DNA of 61,366 nucleotides, the filler included. It is 8 parts of 8 records of this genome, joined end to end, with 100 filler letters (N's around TTAATTAATTAA, not from the genome) between each part and the next. Parts side by side here need not be neighbours in the genome. Positions count along the whole stretch, not along the records: positions 48,804 to 61,366 come from SRR31147125_8151; 7 more parts are not named here. One strand, given 5' to 3'. Shown in pieces: positions 52,473-61,366 of the stretch; within the stretch, counting starts at the first letter, position 1, and each line of letters opens with the position of its first letter. The notes under the pieces were generated by a model that did no database searches, had not been told where the DNA came from, and was given only the letters and a program-made list of their open reading frames with translations. The translations under genes were made by a program, and so were the position numbers.

Positions 52473-53613
52473 ATGAATAAATATATTCACATTATTATTT
52501 CGGTATTTTTATTATATTCTTGTTCAACAAAAAAAAAGAGGTTAAGTGCCCAATACTAGAAATCCCTGAAAAGATAGAACCCGTAAATCTATCAAACATC
52601 ACAAAAAACTTCGAAACTATAAAACTTGAGACATCTGAAGACTGTATACTAGCTGAACTTAAATATATAAAATTCAATGAAAAATTAATATATATACAAG
52701 ACATTGTATTTAAAGGAATATATATTTATAATACTAAAGGTGAATTCGTCGGAAAATTCAATAAGGTAGGAAAGGGTGAAGGTGAATATCTTTCTATTGA
52801 TGACTTTATAATAGATGGAGAAAATAATTTACTTGAAATTTTGGATAGATTAAGTCGAAAAATCTTAATATACGATCTAAATAATTTTATTTTTTGGAAT
52901 CGTTTTCTCTCCCCGTTGATTTTATTTTCACCTTTTCAAAGGTTGGAGATGTATATTTTTTTCAGACGAACTCTGCCAGAAATATTATAGAAAATAAACC
53001 AACAAATAGTAGTATTATTTCATATAACAGAAAAGCTAAGAAAGCTTACCCTATTTTTGACAATCTGTTAGATGACAATGAAAATGCAACTTGGGAATTT
53101 AATGATGTTTTTACTGTTAGCGAAAGTGAAAAATTATATGCTTCATTTGCGTGGGATCATATCATTTACGAATCTAACCAGAATATAATGACTCCTTTTC
53201 TATATATTGATGCAGGAAATAAAAAATTCCCTAATGAAATAATAAATGGAAATTATGATAGAAAAATGGATTTTCTTAACTCAAATAGGGTCAGTGGCCG
53301 TTATCATTTTTTTAAATTACTCATGCAAAAAAATCAACAATATATAATAGCATACGGGAATAGTTATCCACCACAAATTCATTACATAATGAATTTAAAT
53401 AATAATAAAACATTAATCAACACTGATAATCTTATTAATGATTATTTCCCATTCAAGCATGAAAAAATTGAAATATTTATGGTAAGTAATGGCTCTATAA
53501 TTTCTGTTATTTATCCATTTAACACAGAACCTAATTCAGAGATAATTAAACATTTAAATGTAACTACAAATAGCAATCCTATAATTTTAAAATTTGGAAT
53601 AAATGAAAAGTAA
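52473..53613 (+). CDS. 6-bladed beta-propeller lipoprotein (DUF5128-like), two homopolymer frameshifts (~52533, ~52892)
   Basis: MNKYIHIIISVFLLYSC lipobox from ATG 52473; I.LETSEDC.L, G.G.GEY..I.DF; terminal NPII. Confidence 0.75.
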
Positions 53614-54210
53614 AACGCTTTTATATACTACACTAATTTTATTAGTTATTATTAATATGTTTCTAATAATAAAATTACTCAACCTAAAAAAGAAATTAAA
53701 GAGTTTCCTGGACTATTTCAACAAACTAGAATACAGAAAAATTTAATGGAAGAAGGTTTTTTTCAGTATATCGATTTTGCTAATATTGAAATAGATTATA
53801 ATGAACCGATTTACGATTTAAATGAGCAGAAATCTACTTTATATGATGTGTTAAAAGATACCAATACTTTGATATTATTCATATATACAGAATCGTGTAG
53901 TCCATGTATTGTAAAGAACATTAATGTAATAAAAAAAATTAGAAAAGAAAATGACTTAAACATTAAAATTCTTATAACTGGTTTGCAAGACTTTAGAGGT
54001 TTTAAATCATATATTAAAACTTATGAAATTGAAGATTATGCATTTATGCTAGAAGATGGTTTTGATGGATTTAATGTTAATCCAATAGTTTATTGTTTAA
54101 ACACAAGACAAATGGAAAGTAAATTTTATTTTGCACCAAATGAAAACTTATTATATCTGACAGAAGATTATTTAATAAGAATAAAAGAATATTTTAATTT
54201 GGCAAATTAG
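53603..54210 (+). CDS. membrane-anchored thioredoxin-like CxxC protein (frameshift near 53690)
   Basis: N-terminal TM from ATG 53603; L.....ESCSPC, P..Y and F.P.......T..Y. Confidence 0.6.
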
Positions 54211-54291
54211 TATTATTACCCGTTGGATCTCCCCTAATGATGCAAGCATTCCGCTAACGCTTAACTTAAGCAACTAAATTATTACTTCGAT

Positions 54292-55371
54292 ATGCAAAGA
54301 AAATTCTCAATATGTTTACTACTACTTTTGTCCTGTTCTTCTAATAAGAAACCGGAAGGAACAGGATTAGCAACAAAAAATCAATACAATAGCGAACAGA
54401 ATTTAGTAAGAACAGAAGTCCTAAAAACATCAAGCTTTAAGAACGAACTGGTTAGCAACGGCATTTTAAATTCTCCCCAAAAAGGAGTGTTAAAATTTTC
54501 TATTAATGGAGAATTGGATAAGTTAAATTTTAAAAATGGGGAAAGGGTAAAAGAAGGTCAATTAATAGCACAACTAAAACAAGATGAATTAAAGCAATCC
54601 CTGGAGCAGGCAAATATCTCACTGGCAAAAGCCAGGCTGGAGCTTCAGGATATGTTAATAGGTCAGAACTACAGCATGAACGATACAACAAAAATCCCCA
54701 AAGAAGTATATAATGTGCTAAAAATACGTTCAGGTTTTTTAGAAGCAGTAAACAATGTTAAGAAAGCCGAATTGAACTTAAATAACTCTGAGTTGAGGGC
54801 ACCGTTTAATGGTGTAATCGCAAATCTCAACTATAAAATATACGAACAGGTAAGTACTGGAGAAGAATTTTGCATGTTAATTGACAATTCTGTATTTGAA
54901 GTTAGTTTCTCTGTTTTGGAAACAGAATTAAAAAATGTATCGGTTGGCAAAGATTTAACTGTTGTACCTTTTTCTAATAACCAAGACAAATACGCTGGAA
55001 AAATAACAGAAATAAATCCTGTAATCGATGAAAATGGTCTTATTCAAGTAAAGGCAGCACTAAAAAACACGAAGGGTCTTATGGAAGGAATAAACGTAAA
55101 AGTGTTTGTTGAAACAGAAATTCCCAACCAATTGGTAGTCCCGCGTTCGGCTGTTGTATTAAGACAAAATCAAGAAGTTCTGTTTAAATATATTTCAGGA
55201 ACTGCATTTTGGACGTATGTAAAAGTACTTCATGAAAACAGTAACTCGTATGCTGTAATTGCCCATCCGGATAAAGAAGGGGCTTTAATGGCTGGTGATA
55301 CAATCATTGTTTCGGGGAATTTAAATTTGGCTCATGAGTCGAAGGTTGAGCTCAACAACAATATAAAATAA
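54292..55371 (+). CDS. RND efflux periplasmic adaptor (MFP) lipoprotein
   Basis: LSC lipobox; lipoyl half-motifs NG..V..GQ.IA and LRAPF.G.I; VVP.SAV. Confidence 0.9.
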   Translation: MQRKFSICLLLLLSCSSNKKPEGTGLATKNQYNSEQNLVRTEVLKTSSFKNELVSNGILNSPQKGVLKFSINGELDKLNFKNGERVKEGQLIAQLKQDELKQSLEQANISLAKARLELQDMLIGQNYSMNDTTKIPKEVYNVLKIRSGFLEAVNNVKKAELNLNNSELRAPFNGVIANLNYKIYEQVSTGEEFCMLIDNSVFEVSFSVLETELKNVSVGKDLTVVPFSNNQDKYAGKITEINPVIDENGLIQVKAALKNTKGLMEGINVKVFVETEIPNQLVVPRSAVVLRQNQEVLFKYISGTAFWTYVKVLHENSNSYAVIAHPDKEGALMAGDTIIVSGNLNLAHESKVELNNNIK

Positions 55372-55420
55372 AAGTATGTCCAAACAATGTCTACAAATTT
55401 TAGCAACAAACAAAAAGTGA

Positions 55421-57466
55421 ATGAATCTAAAAAAGATAATTTTTGAACTGAATAATAAATCCATTACAGCAATAATACTGTTCGCAATTCAATTGTTAAC
55501 TTCCTGCCACAAAAATGACAACAAACTTGAGCAAGCCCTTATGTCTGCAAGGGACAACAGAGGCGAATTGGAAAAAGTATTAGAACATTACAGTAAAAAC
55601 CCCAAAGACAGCTTAAAATATAGATCCGCGTGCTTTTTAATTGAAAACATGCCATATCATTATTCTTTTGATACAACATATCTGCAAAATTATCGTCCTG
55701 TTATTAAAACATTAGAATTTTTAAAGGCTAATGGTTTCTCAGAAGAAAAAATAAAAGACAAAGTAAACCCGTTCATGGACAGCCTAATATCGGTTTACCC
55801 CTTATCAAATATTTATTCGAAAACTAAGGACGATATTACCTCAATAAAATCTGAGTTTTTAATAGCAAATATTAACCATACTATTAATTTTTATAATTCA
55901 AACCCATTTAAAGACAGTATAGCATTTATTGATTTTCTCGAATTTGTTTTGCCATACCGAATTGAGGACGGGTATTGTTTAGAGGAATGGAGGAGATACT
56001 TCTCTACTAATTATTCTCAAAAAATCAATCAAAATTTTTCCTCTTTCCATGAACTTTGTGATTCTCTATTATATATTTTTAGTGATATTGAAATTGGTTG
56101 GCGTATTGCCCACCAGTTTCCTTATTTAAAACTCGATGATTATTTAAAATCAAAGACGGCACATTGTACGGAAAAGTGCTGGCTTAACAGTATGTTGCTT
56201 CGCTCATTTGGCATTCCAACAACGGTTGATTTTATACCTACCTCAAGGATTCACGAACTAGGGCATGAATGGAACGCAATTAAATTAAAACATGGTACAT
56301 TCCCTTTTGAACCATTTTGGGAAGATAATATTTGGTGTATAGGAGAATATTATACACGGAAAAAAGATGACCCTTTATTCGGTTCTTTTCAACCCCCAAA
56401 AATATATCGAAAAACTTTTAGCCCTAACTACTCAGAATTATTATTACATTCAATTAATTCTGGCGAAGAAATCCCAATGTTTTTTAGAAACCTGTTTCGA
56501 AAAGATGTTACAAAAGAATACTTTAATACATTCAAACTTGAAATCCCAATAATTATTAAAGATAAAAAACTTTCTTATGCCTATGCATGTGTAATGGGAA
56601 AAAACAAATGGGTAGCAATAGATTTTGGAAAAGTAGTAAGACATGGGAAAGTAATATTCAACTCATTGGGCTCCAAAAATGTTTATCTACCATCATTATA
56701 TAAAAATAACAACCTTATTCCTGCAGCTTATCCTGTTCTTCTAAAAGAAAACGGAGAAACGTTGATACTGCGCCCTGACACATCAGTCATAGAAACCATT
56801 GAGGTTTCATACGTTGCTTATCCACGTCCTCAACTAAATGAGTATAAGGATGGGTTAATTGGGACTGTAGTAGAGGTGGCAAATGATAAAAATTTCAACA
56901 ATAGTAAAATTCTATATTCTATTAATAGAATATGCGAACCAGGAACTCATCGTGTACCTATCCAAACTGAATCAAAATACCGTTATATAAGATTAATTAT
57001 CCCAAAAACGAAACTAAAATTAAATGAAATTACATTCTTCAGCAGGAATAATGGGGTGTTAAATGAAGTAAAAGGGGAATTGATAAGTTCTTTACCCAAA
57101 GACAATTCGTATTTAGAGAGACTTGCTGATGGGGATTTGCTTACTTCTTTCACCCCAAGACAACTTTGTAAAGAGCATTTACTATTGGACAGTATTTGGA
57201 TTGGTTTTGATTTTCAACACCCAATAAAAATAGATGCGTTTGAATTTTATTTTGCTTTTAATGCAAATATTAGGAAAAAAGGAGTGTATGAGCTTCTATA
57301 TTGGGATTTTGGTTGGAAATCATTAGGTATAAAAAAATCGAATTCAACTAGTCCCATTTCCTTTGACAATGTTCCCAAAAATGCATTGCTAAAAATAAAA
57401 ATCCATGACACAAATTCAAATAGCAGGATTTTTACTTATGAAAATGGCAAGCAATTTTGGTGGTAA
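55421..57466 (+). CDS. transglutaminase-like lipoprotein with C-terminal discoidin/F5-8-like domains
   Basis: LTSC lipobox; LE.AL..A..NR.ELEKVL.HY, FL..VLPYR, C...C......RS.GIP...DF.P......HEWN, YRYIR. Confidence 0.75.
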   Translation: MNLKKIIFELNNKSITAIILFAIQLLTSCHKNDNKLEQALMSARDNRGELEKVLEHYSKNPKDSLKYRSACFLIENMPYHYSFDTTYLQNYRPVIKTLEFLKANGFSEEKIKDKVNPFMDSLISVYPLSNIYSKTKDDITSIKSEFLIANINHTINFYNSNPFKDSIAFIDFLEFVLPYRIEDGYCLEEWRRYFSTNYSQKINQNFSSFHELCDSLLYIFSDIEIGWRIAHQFPYLKLDDYLKSKTAHCTEKCWLNSMLLRSFGIPTTVDFIPTSRIHELGHEWNAIKLKHGTFPFEPFWEDNIWCIGEYYTRKKDDPLFGSFQPPKIYRKTFSPNYSELLLHSINSGEEIPMFFRNLFRKDVTKEYFNTFKLEIPIIIKDKKLSYAYACVMGKNKWVAIDFGKVVRHGKVIFNSLGSKNVYLPSLYKNNNLIPAAYPVLLKENGETLILRPDTSVIETIEVSYVAYPRPQLNEYKDGLIGTVVEVANDKNFNNSKILYSINRICEPGTHRVPIQTESKYRYIRLIIPKTKLKLNEITFFSRNNGVLNEVKGELISSLPKDNSYLERLADGDLLTSFTPRQLCKEHLLLDSIWIGFDFQHPIKIDAFEFYFAFNANIRKKGVYELLYWDFGWKSLGIKKSNSTSPISFDNVPKNALLKIKIHDTNSNSRIFTYENGKQFWW

Positions 57467-57485
57467 TAATATGTAAGTCCTGAAA

Positions 57486-60400
57486 ATGATAAAATTCTTA
57501 ATCCATCGTCCCATCGCCGTCACCATGACATTCCTCGCCATCCTCGTGCTTGGGATAGTATCTTCCATGTACCTGCCCGTATCATTAATGCCTGATATTG
57601 ATATACCAAAAATTACGGTTCAGGTAAGCCAGAAAAATGTTTCGGCACGCGAACTGGAGAATACCATAACAAAGCCATTAAGGCAACAATTGATGCAGGT
57701 TGCCCATTTAAAAGACATTAAAAGTGAAAGTCGTGATGGAAGTGCAACAATAAAACTAGACTTTAATTATGGAGTTAATATTGATTTTGCATTCATTGAA
57801 GTAAATGAAAAGATTGACCGAGCAATGGCTGGTTTTCCAACTAGTGTTGAACGTCCTAAAGTGATTAAGGCTAGCGCTACGGATATCCCGGTTTTTTATT
57901 TGAATTTAACATTAAGAGAAGTCGGAAGTGGGAATCCCGACAGCTATCAGGAGGAAGATGGGAACTGGCAGAAGGGAAGCAGAAAATCAATTGGTAACAA
58001 GGACTGTAACGTACAACCCGAAACCCAAAACTCGAAACCAACATCAAGTGAACTCTTCCCTGTTCCGAATGCTTTTATTGAATTAAGCAATTTTGCCGAC
58101 CAGGTAATAAAAAAACGAATTGAACAACTCCCACAGGTAGCTTTAGCTGATATTAGCGGTAGGGTATTTACTGAAATACTTATAATCCCTAATAGAGAAA
58201 AACTACAAGCTGTTAGCATTACACTAGATGACATTAAAAATTCTTTAAACGAAAACAACATTAACCTGGGCAATCTGCTAATAAAAGACGGGCAATACCA
58301 ATATAACATTCGAATTGGTAATAAACTACAATCGAAGGATGATATTGCGAACATATTTATTAAAAAAGAGAACAGAATTTACCAATTAAAGGACATTGGT
58401 GACATAATCGAACATCCACAAAAACGAAAGGGCTTTGTTACATCTGACAACAAAGAAGCTATTACACTTGCTATAATCAAACAATCGGACGCACGAATGC
58501 GTGATTTGGAAAAAGAATTGCTCACATTAATTAAGCATTTAGTAATAGATTACCCTGATATCGATTTTACTATTTCACGCGACCAAACCCAGTTATTGGA
58601 TTACTCCATTCAAAACCTAAAACAAAGTTTAATGCTCGGGGCATTTCTGGCTTTTATCATTATGTTCTTTTTTCTGAAAGATTTTAAATCGCCGGTTTTA
58701 ATTGGAATCTCTATTCCTTCATCGCTCATCATTTCTCTATTGCTATTTCACATCTTTGGCTTATCCATTAATATAATTTCCTTATCCGGTCTGATTTTGG
58801 GTATTGGAATGATGATAGATAATTCCATAATTGTAATAGATAACATTACACAGTATAGAGAGCAAAAGTTAGATTTATCAGAATCTTGCATAATGGGAAC
58901 AAATGAAGTTTTTCGTCCTATGTTGAGTTCTGTACTAACCACATGTGCTGTATTTATCCCATTAATATTTTTAGGGGGAATTTCCGGGGCTTTGTTTTAC
59001 GATCAGGCCATAGCAGTAACCATTGGGCTTTTTGTATCACTTTTTGTATCCATTACATTATTACCTGTTTATTACCGTATTTTTTACAAAAACCATGATA
59101 CTAGTAATAACAACAAATTCTTAACAAGGCTGAACAAGCTTAATTATGCAAATCTGTATGAAAAAGGATTGCGATTTACGTTAAAAAAACAGGGACTGGC
59201 ATGGACTTTTATATTCTGCTTGTTATTGGGTTCTGTATTTCTTTTTAAACAACTTGACAAGAACAAATTTCCATCACTCACAAAAACAGAGATCTTACTG
59301 CAAATTGACTGGAACGAACGCATTACAATAGAAGAAAATAACAGAAGAATAGAAACATTACTTAAAAAACATAACAAAAATATATTACAAACAAACACCT
59401 ATATCGGCGAACAACAATTTTTGTTGGAACATAACATGCCAAACTCAAGCACGAATGCACTGGTGTATGTTAACACAACGGGACAAAAAGAGCTGAATCA
59501 TTTCACTCATAGTGTTAAACAATATTTACAAGAAAATTATGCTGAAGCCGCTTTTAGCTTTGAAGAAACGGGCAATGTATTTGATCTTATCTTTTCGGAC
59601 AATGAACCGCCACTCGAAATACGGCTTAAACCGACAAAAGATTATGGTCCTCATCAAAATGAGAAATTACAGCAAAGTATGGAGCAGTTAAGAAATGCCT
59701 TTCCTAATTACAACATCCCCGCCATTGCATGGCGGGAGCAAGTGGTTTTGAGCAGTAAACCCGAGTTATTAACGCTTTACCATGTTAATTTCCAGGATGT
59801 ATTTAATACCTTAAAAACAAGTTTTAGGCAAAACCAGGTAATGCTTCTTGCCGAAAACCAAGAATTTACACCTGTTGTATTGGGTGAAAAGCCAAAAAAC
59901 CTGAATGAAATAATCCAAACAACTTTTGTTGCAAACAAAGAAGGAGAATTAATCCGATTGAGTTCATTAATAAAACAAGAGAAAACAGAGGATTTAAAAT
60001 CCATTGTTTCAGGCAGAGAAGGTGAGTATTATCCAATTGCATTAACAATTGACGATAATTCTGTTCCGGAAGTTTCAGAGAATATAGACAATTATATACA
60101 ACAAAATCCTGACTATGAAGCACGATTAACAGGTTCATGGTATTCGAATAGAAAATTAATTAAAGAAATCGCACTTATCCTACTCATTTCGTTAATCCTA
60201 CTCTATTTTATTCTGGCGGCTCAATTTGAATCGCTTACTTTGCCCTTAATAGTTTTACTTGAGGTACCCATTGATATTTTTGGAGCTTTGTTATTTTTAA
60301 AAATATTTGGTTCAGATATCAACCTCATGGCTATGATTGGAATGGTTGTGATGAGTGGAATTATTATTAATGATTCCATCCTTAAAATTGATACCATTAA

Positions 60401-60656
60401 CAAAACCTTGACCGAGGGGAATAGCCTGATAAAATCAATCATCATAGCAGGCCAACGCAGGCTAAAACCTATATTGATGACCAGTCTGACTACCATACTG
60501 GCTCTTTTACCATTTTTATTTACCAAAGGCATGGGTTCTGATTTGCAACGACCTCTGGCATATAGTGTTATTGGTGGGATGATTGTTGGCACACTGGTGA
60601 GTTTGTATTTTGTGCCGTTGTGTTATTATTATTTGATGAGGAAAAAATTATTTTGA
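57486..60656 (+). CDS. RND efflux permease (AcrB/AcrD/AcrF family)
   Basis: LPVSLMPDIDIP, GMMIDNSI, RRLKPILMTSLTTI and GG.IVGT motifs. Confidence 0.95.
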   Translation: MIKFLIHRPIAVTMTFLAILVLGIVSSMYLPVSLMPDIDIPKITVQVSQKNVSARELENTITKPLRQQLMQVAHLKDIKSESRDGSATIKLDFNYGVNIDFAFIEVNEKIDRAMAGFPTSVERPKVIKASATDIPVFYLNLTLREVGSGNPDSYQEEDGNWQKGSRKSIGNKDCNVQPETQNSKPTSSELFPVPNAFIELSNFADQVIKKRIEQLPQVALADISGRVFTEILIIPNREKLQAVSITLDDIKNSLNENNINLGNLLIKDGQYQYNIRIGNKLQSKDDIANIFIKKENRIYQLKDIGDIIEHPQKRKGFVTSDNKEAITLAIIKQSDARMRDLEKELLTLIKHLVIDYPDIDFTISRDQTQLLDYSIQNLKQSLMLGAFLAFIIMFFFLKDFKSPVLIGISIPSSLIISLLLFHIFGLSINIISLSGLILGIGMMIDNSIIVIDNITQYREQKLDLSESCIMGTNEVFRPMLSSVLTTCAVFIPLIFLGGISGALFYDQAIAVTIGLFVSLFVSITLLPVYYRIFYKNHDTSNNNKFLTRLNKLNYANLYEKGLRFTLKKQGLAWTFIFCLLLGSVFLFKQLDKNKFPSLTKTEILLQIDWNERITIEENNRRIETLLKKHNKNILQTNTYIGEQQFLLEHNMPNSSTNALVYVNTTGQKELNHFTHSVKQYLQENYAEAAFSFEETGNVFDLIFSDNEPPLEIRLKPTKDYGPHQNEKLQQSMEQLRNAFPNYNIPAIAWREQVVLSSKPELLTLYHVNFQDVFNTLKTSFRQNQVMLLAENQEFTPVVLGEKPKNLNEIIQTTFVANKEGELIRLSSLIKQEKTEDLKSIVSGREGEYYPIALTIDDNSVPEVSENIDNYIQQNPDYEARLTGSWYSNRKLIKEIALILLISLILLYFILAAQFESLTLPLIVLLEVPIDIFGALLFLKIFGSDINLMAMIGMVVMSGIIINDSILKIDTINKTLTEGNSLIKSIIIAGQRRLKPILMTSLTTILALLPFLFTKGMGSDLQRPLAYSVIGGMIVGTLVSLYFVPLCYYYLMRKKLF

Positions 60657-60784
60657 AAACATCTAAATAAAAAATATACAATTATCCCGACACAATTAAA
60701 TAAAAAATTTATATAATTACAAATTATATATTTAGAATTTCTATGTATTATTGTTCAACAATCTTCACTACAATAAACCGAAAG

Positions 60785-60886
60785 AAAAAAGGCAGGATTA
60801 AACCTTCAACCACATTGCAAGAAAAAATGTTTAACCTGCCTGGCCTCTTTTCGCAATTTTGGAAAGGAGGTGATGTGACAAAGAAA
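60785..60886. ncRNA. conserved two-hairpin element, copy 2
   Basis: GGCAGG.TTAAAC...GTTTAACCTGCC, then CCTCTTTTC...GGAAAGGAGG, then GTGACAAAGA. Confidence 0.6.
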
Positions 60887-60978
60887 AATATTAAAAATAT
60901 ATGAATAATAATATTCTAACCCATGAAATGATATAATTGGGTATTTAAATATTTTATTAATCTTCAAACATTACCAAG

Positions 60979-61238
60979 ATGAAAAAAATAGCAATACTAA
61001 TTAGTGCCTTAACCATTGGAATTATTAGTATGGCCTTTAGTTTAAACACAAAGGAAATATTGAACGAAAGAAACACTATAAAAAATTTAGTGAAAAACTG
61101 CCAGGCAAACGCAGAATGCGAAATATCTGACTATACAGGGGATGCGAATTTAAATGCGACGACACAGAAAATGAAACCTGTACTTTCGAAGTAGGGCCTA
61201 TTAAACTTACATGCAGCGGAAAAGAAGTGGATTGCTAA
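60979..61238 (+). CDS. secreted precursor-like peptide 3, 6-Cys core revealed by correcting a G-run frameshift at 61138-61141
   Basis: MKKIAILISA... signal, TIKNLVKNCQANAE; the shifted frame reads CEFKCDDTENETCTFEVGPIKLTCSGKEVDC*. Confidence 0.7.
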
Positions 61239-61282
61239 AAAACACAGCTTTTAATGAACACAAATGAGTAAAATATAATAAT

Positions 61283-61366
61283 ATGAAAAAAAATATTATA
61301 ATAATTGCAACAGCATTATTTACAATTATGGGAGTTGTAAACAATTTAAATATTGGCACTCTTTTT
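61283..61366 (+). CDS. probable precursor-like peptide 4, 3'-partial
   Basis: MKKNIIIIATALFTIMGVVNNLNIGTL, same signal style as the other precursors, tandem to peptide 3. Confidence 0.5.
   Translation, partial: MKKNIIIIATALFTIMGVVNNLNIGTLF

Overview
This window is not one genome segment. It is eight unrelated contigs joined by seven 100-nt artificial linkers (N-run, TTAATTAATTAA, N-run), so gene context is valid only within a contig. Contig 1 (1-5590) and contig 5 (25609-34327) come from spore-forming Clostridia-like Firmicutes: purA with a PurR box, a small Cys-rich membrane peptide with a sigK-like promoter, spoVG, spoIID, and an NlpC/P60 hydrolase with a structured leader. Contigs 2 and 3 are Bacteroidota, with T9SS type-B adhesins, PorP/SprF and ribosomal protein THX. 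Contig 4 is an AT-rich LPS-core cluster, possibly Fusobacteriota. Contig 6 is a Bacteroidota UpxY-led operon of glycosyltransferases, a stand-alone condensation domain, a methyltransferase and an ABC exporter. Contig 7 has Bacteroidota glycoside-hydrolase-like genes, an aldo/keto reductase and a partial tRNA. Contig 8 (48804-61366) is the most interesting. It carries three complete and one partial secreted precursor-like peptide gene (NVEALA-like; the three complete ones share an A-x-A-E leader end and have different even-Cys cores). These are interleaved with beta-propeller lipoproteins, CxxC thioredoxin-like proteins, a transglutaminase-like lipoprotein and an RND exporter. A conserved ~100-nt two-hairpin element with a compensatory base change precedes two of the precursor genes and looks like a divergent sRNA. 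Many genes are split by single-base indels in homopolymers, most likely sequencing errors. Family calls come from motif recognition only; no database searches were run.
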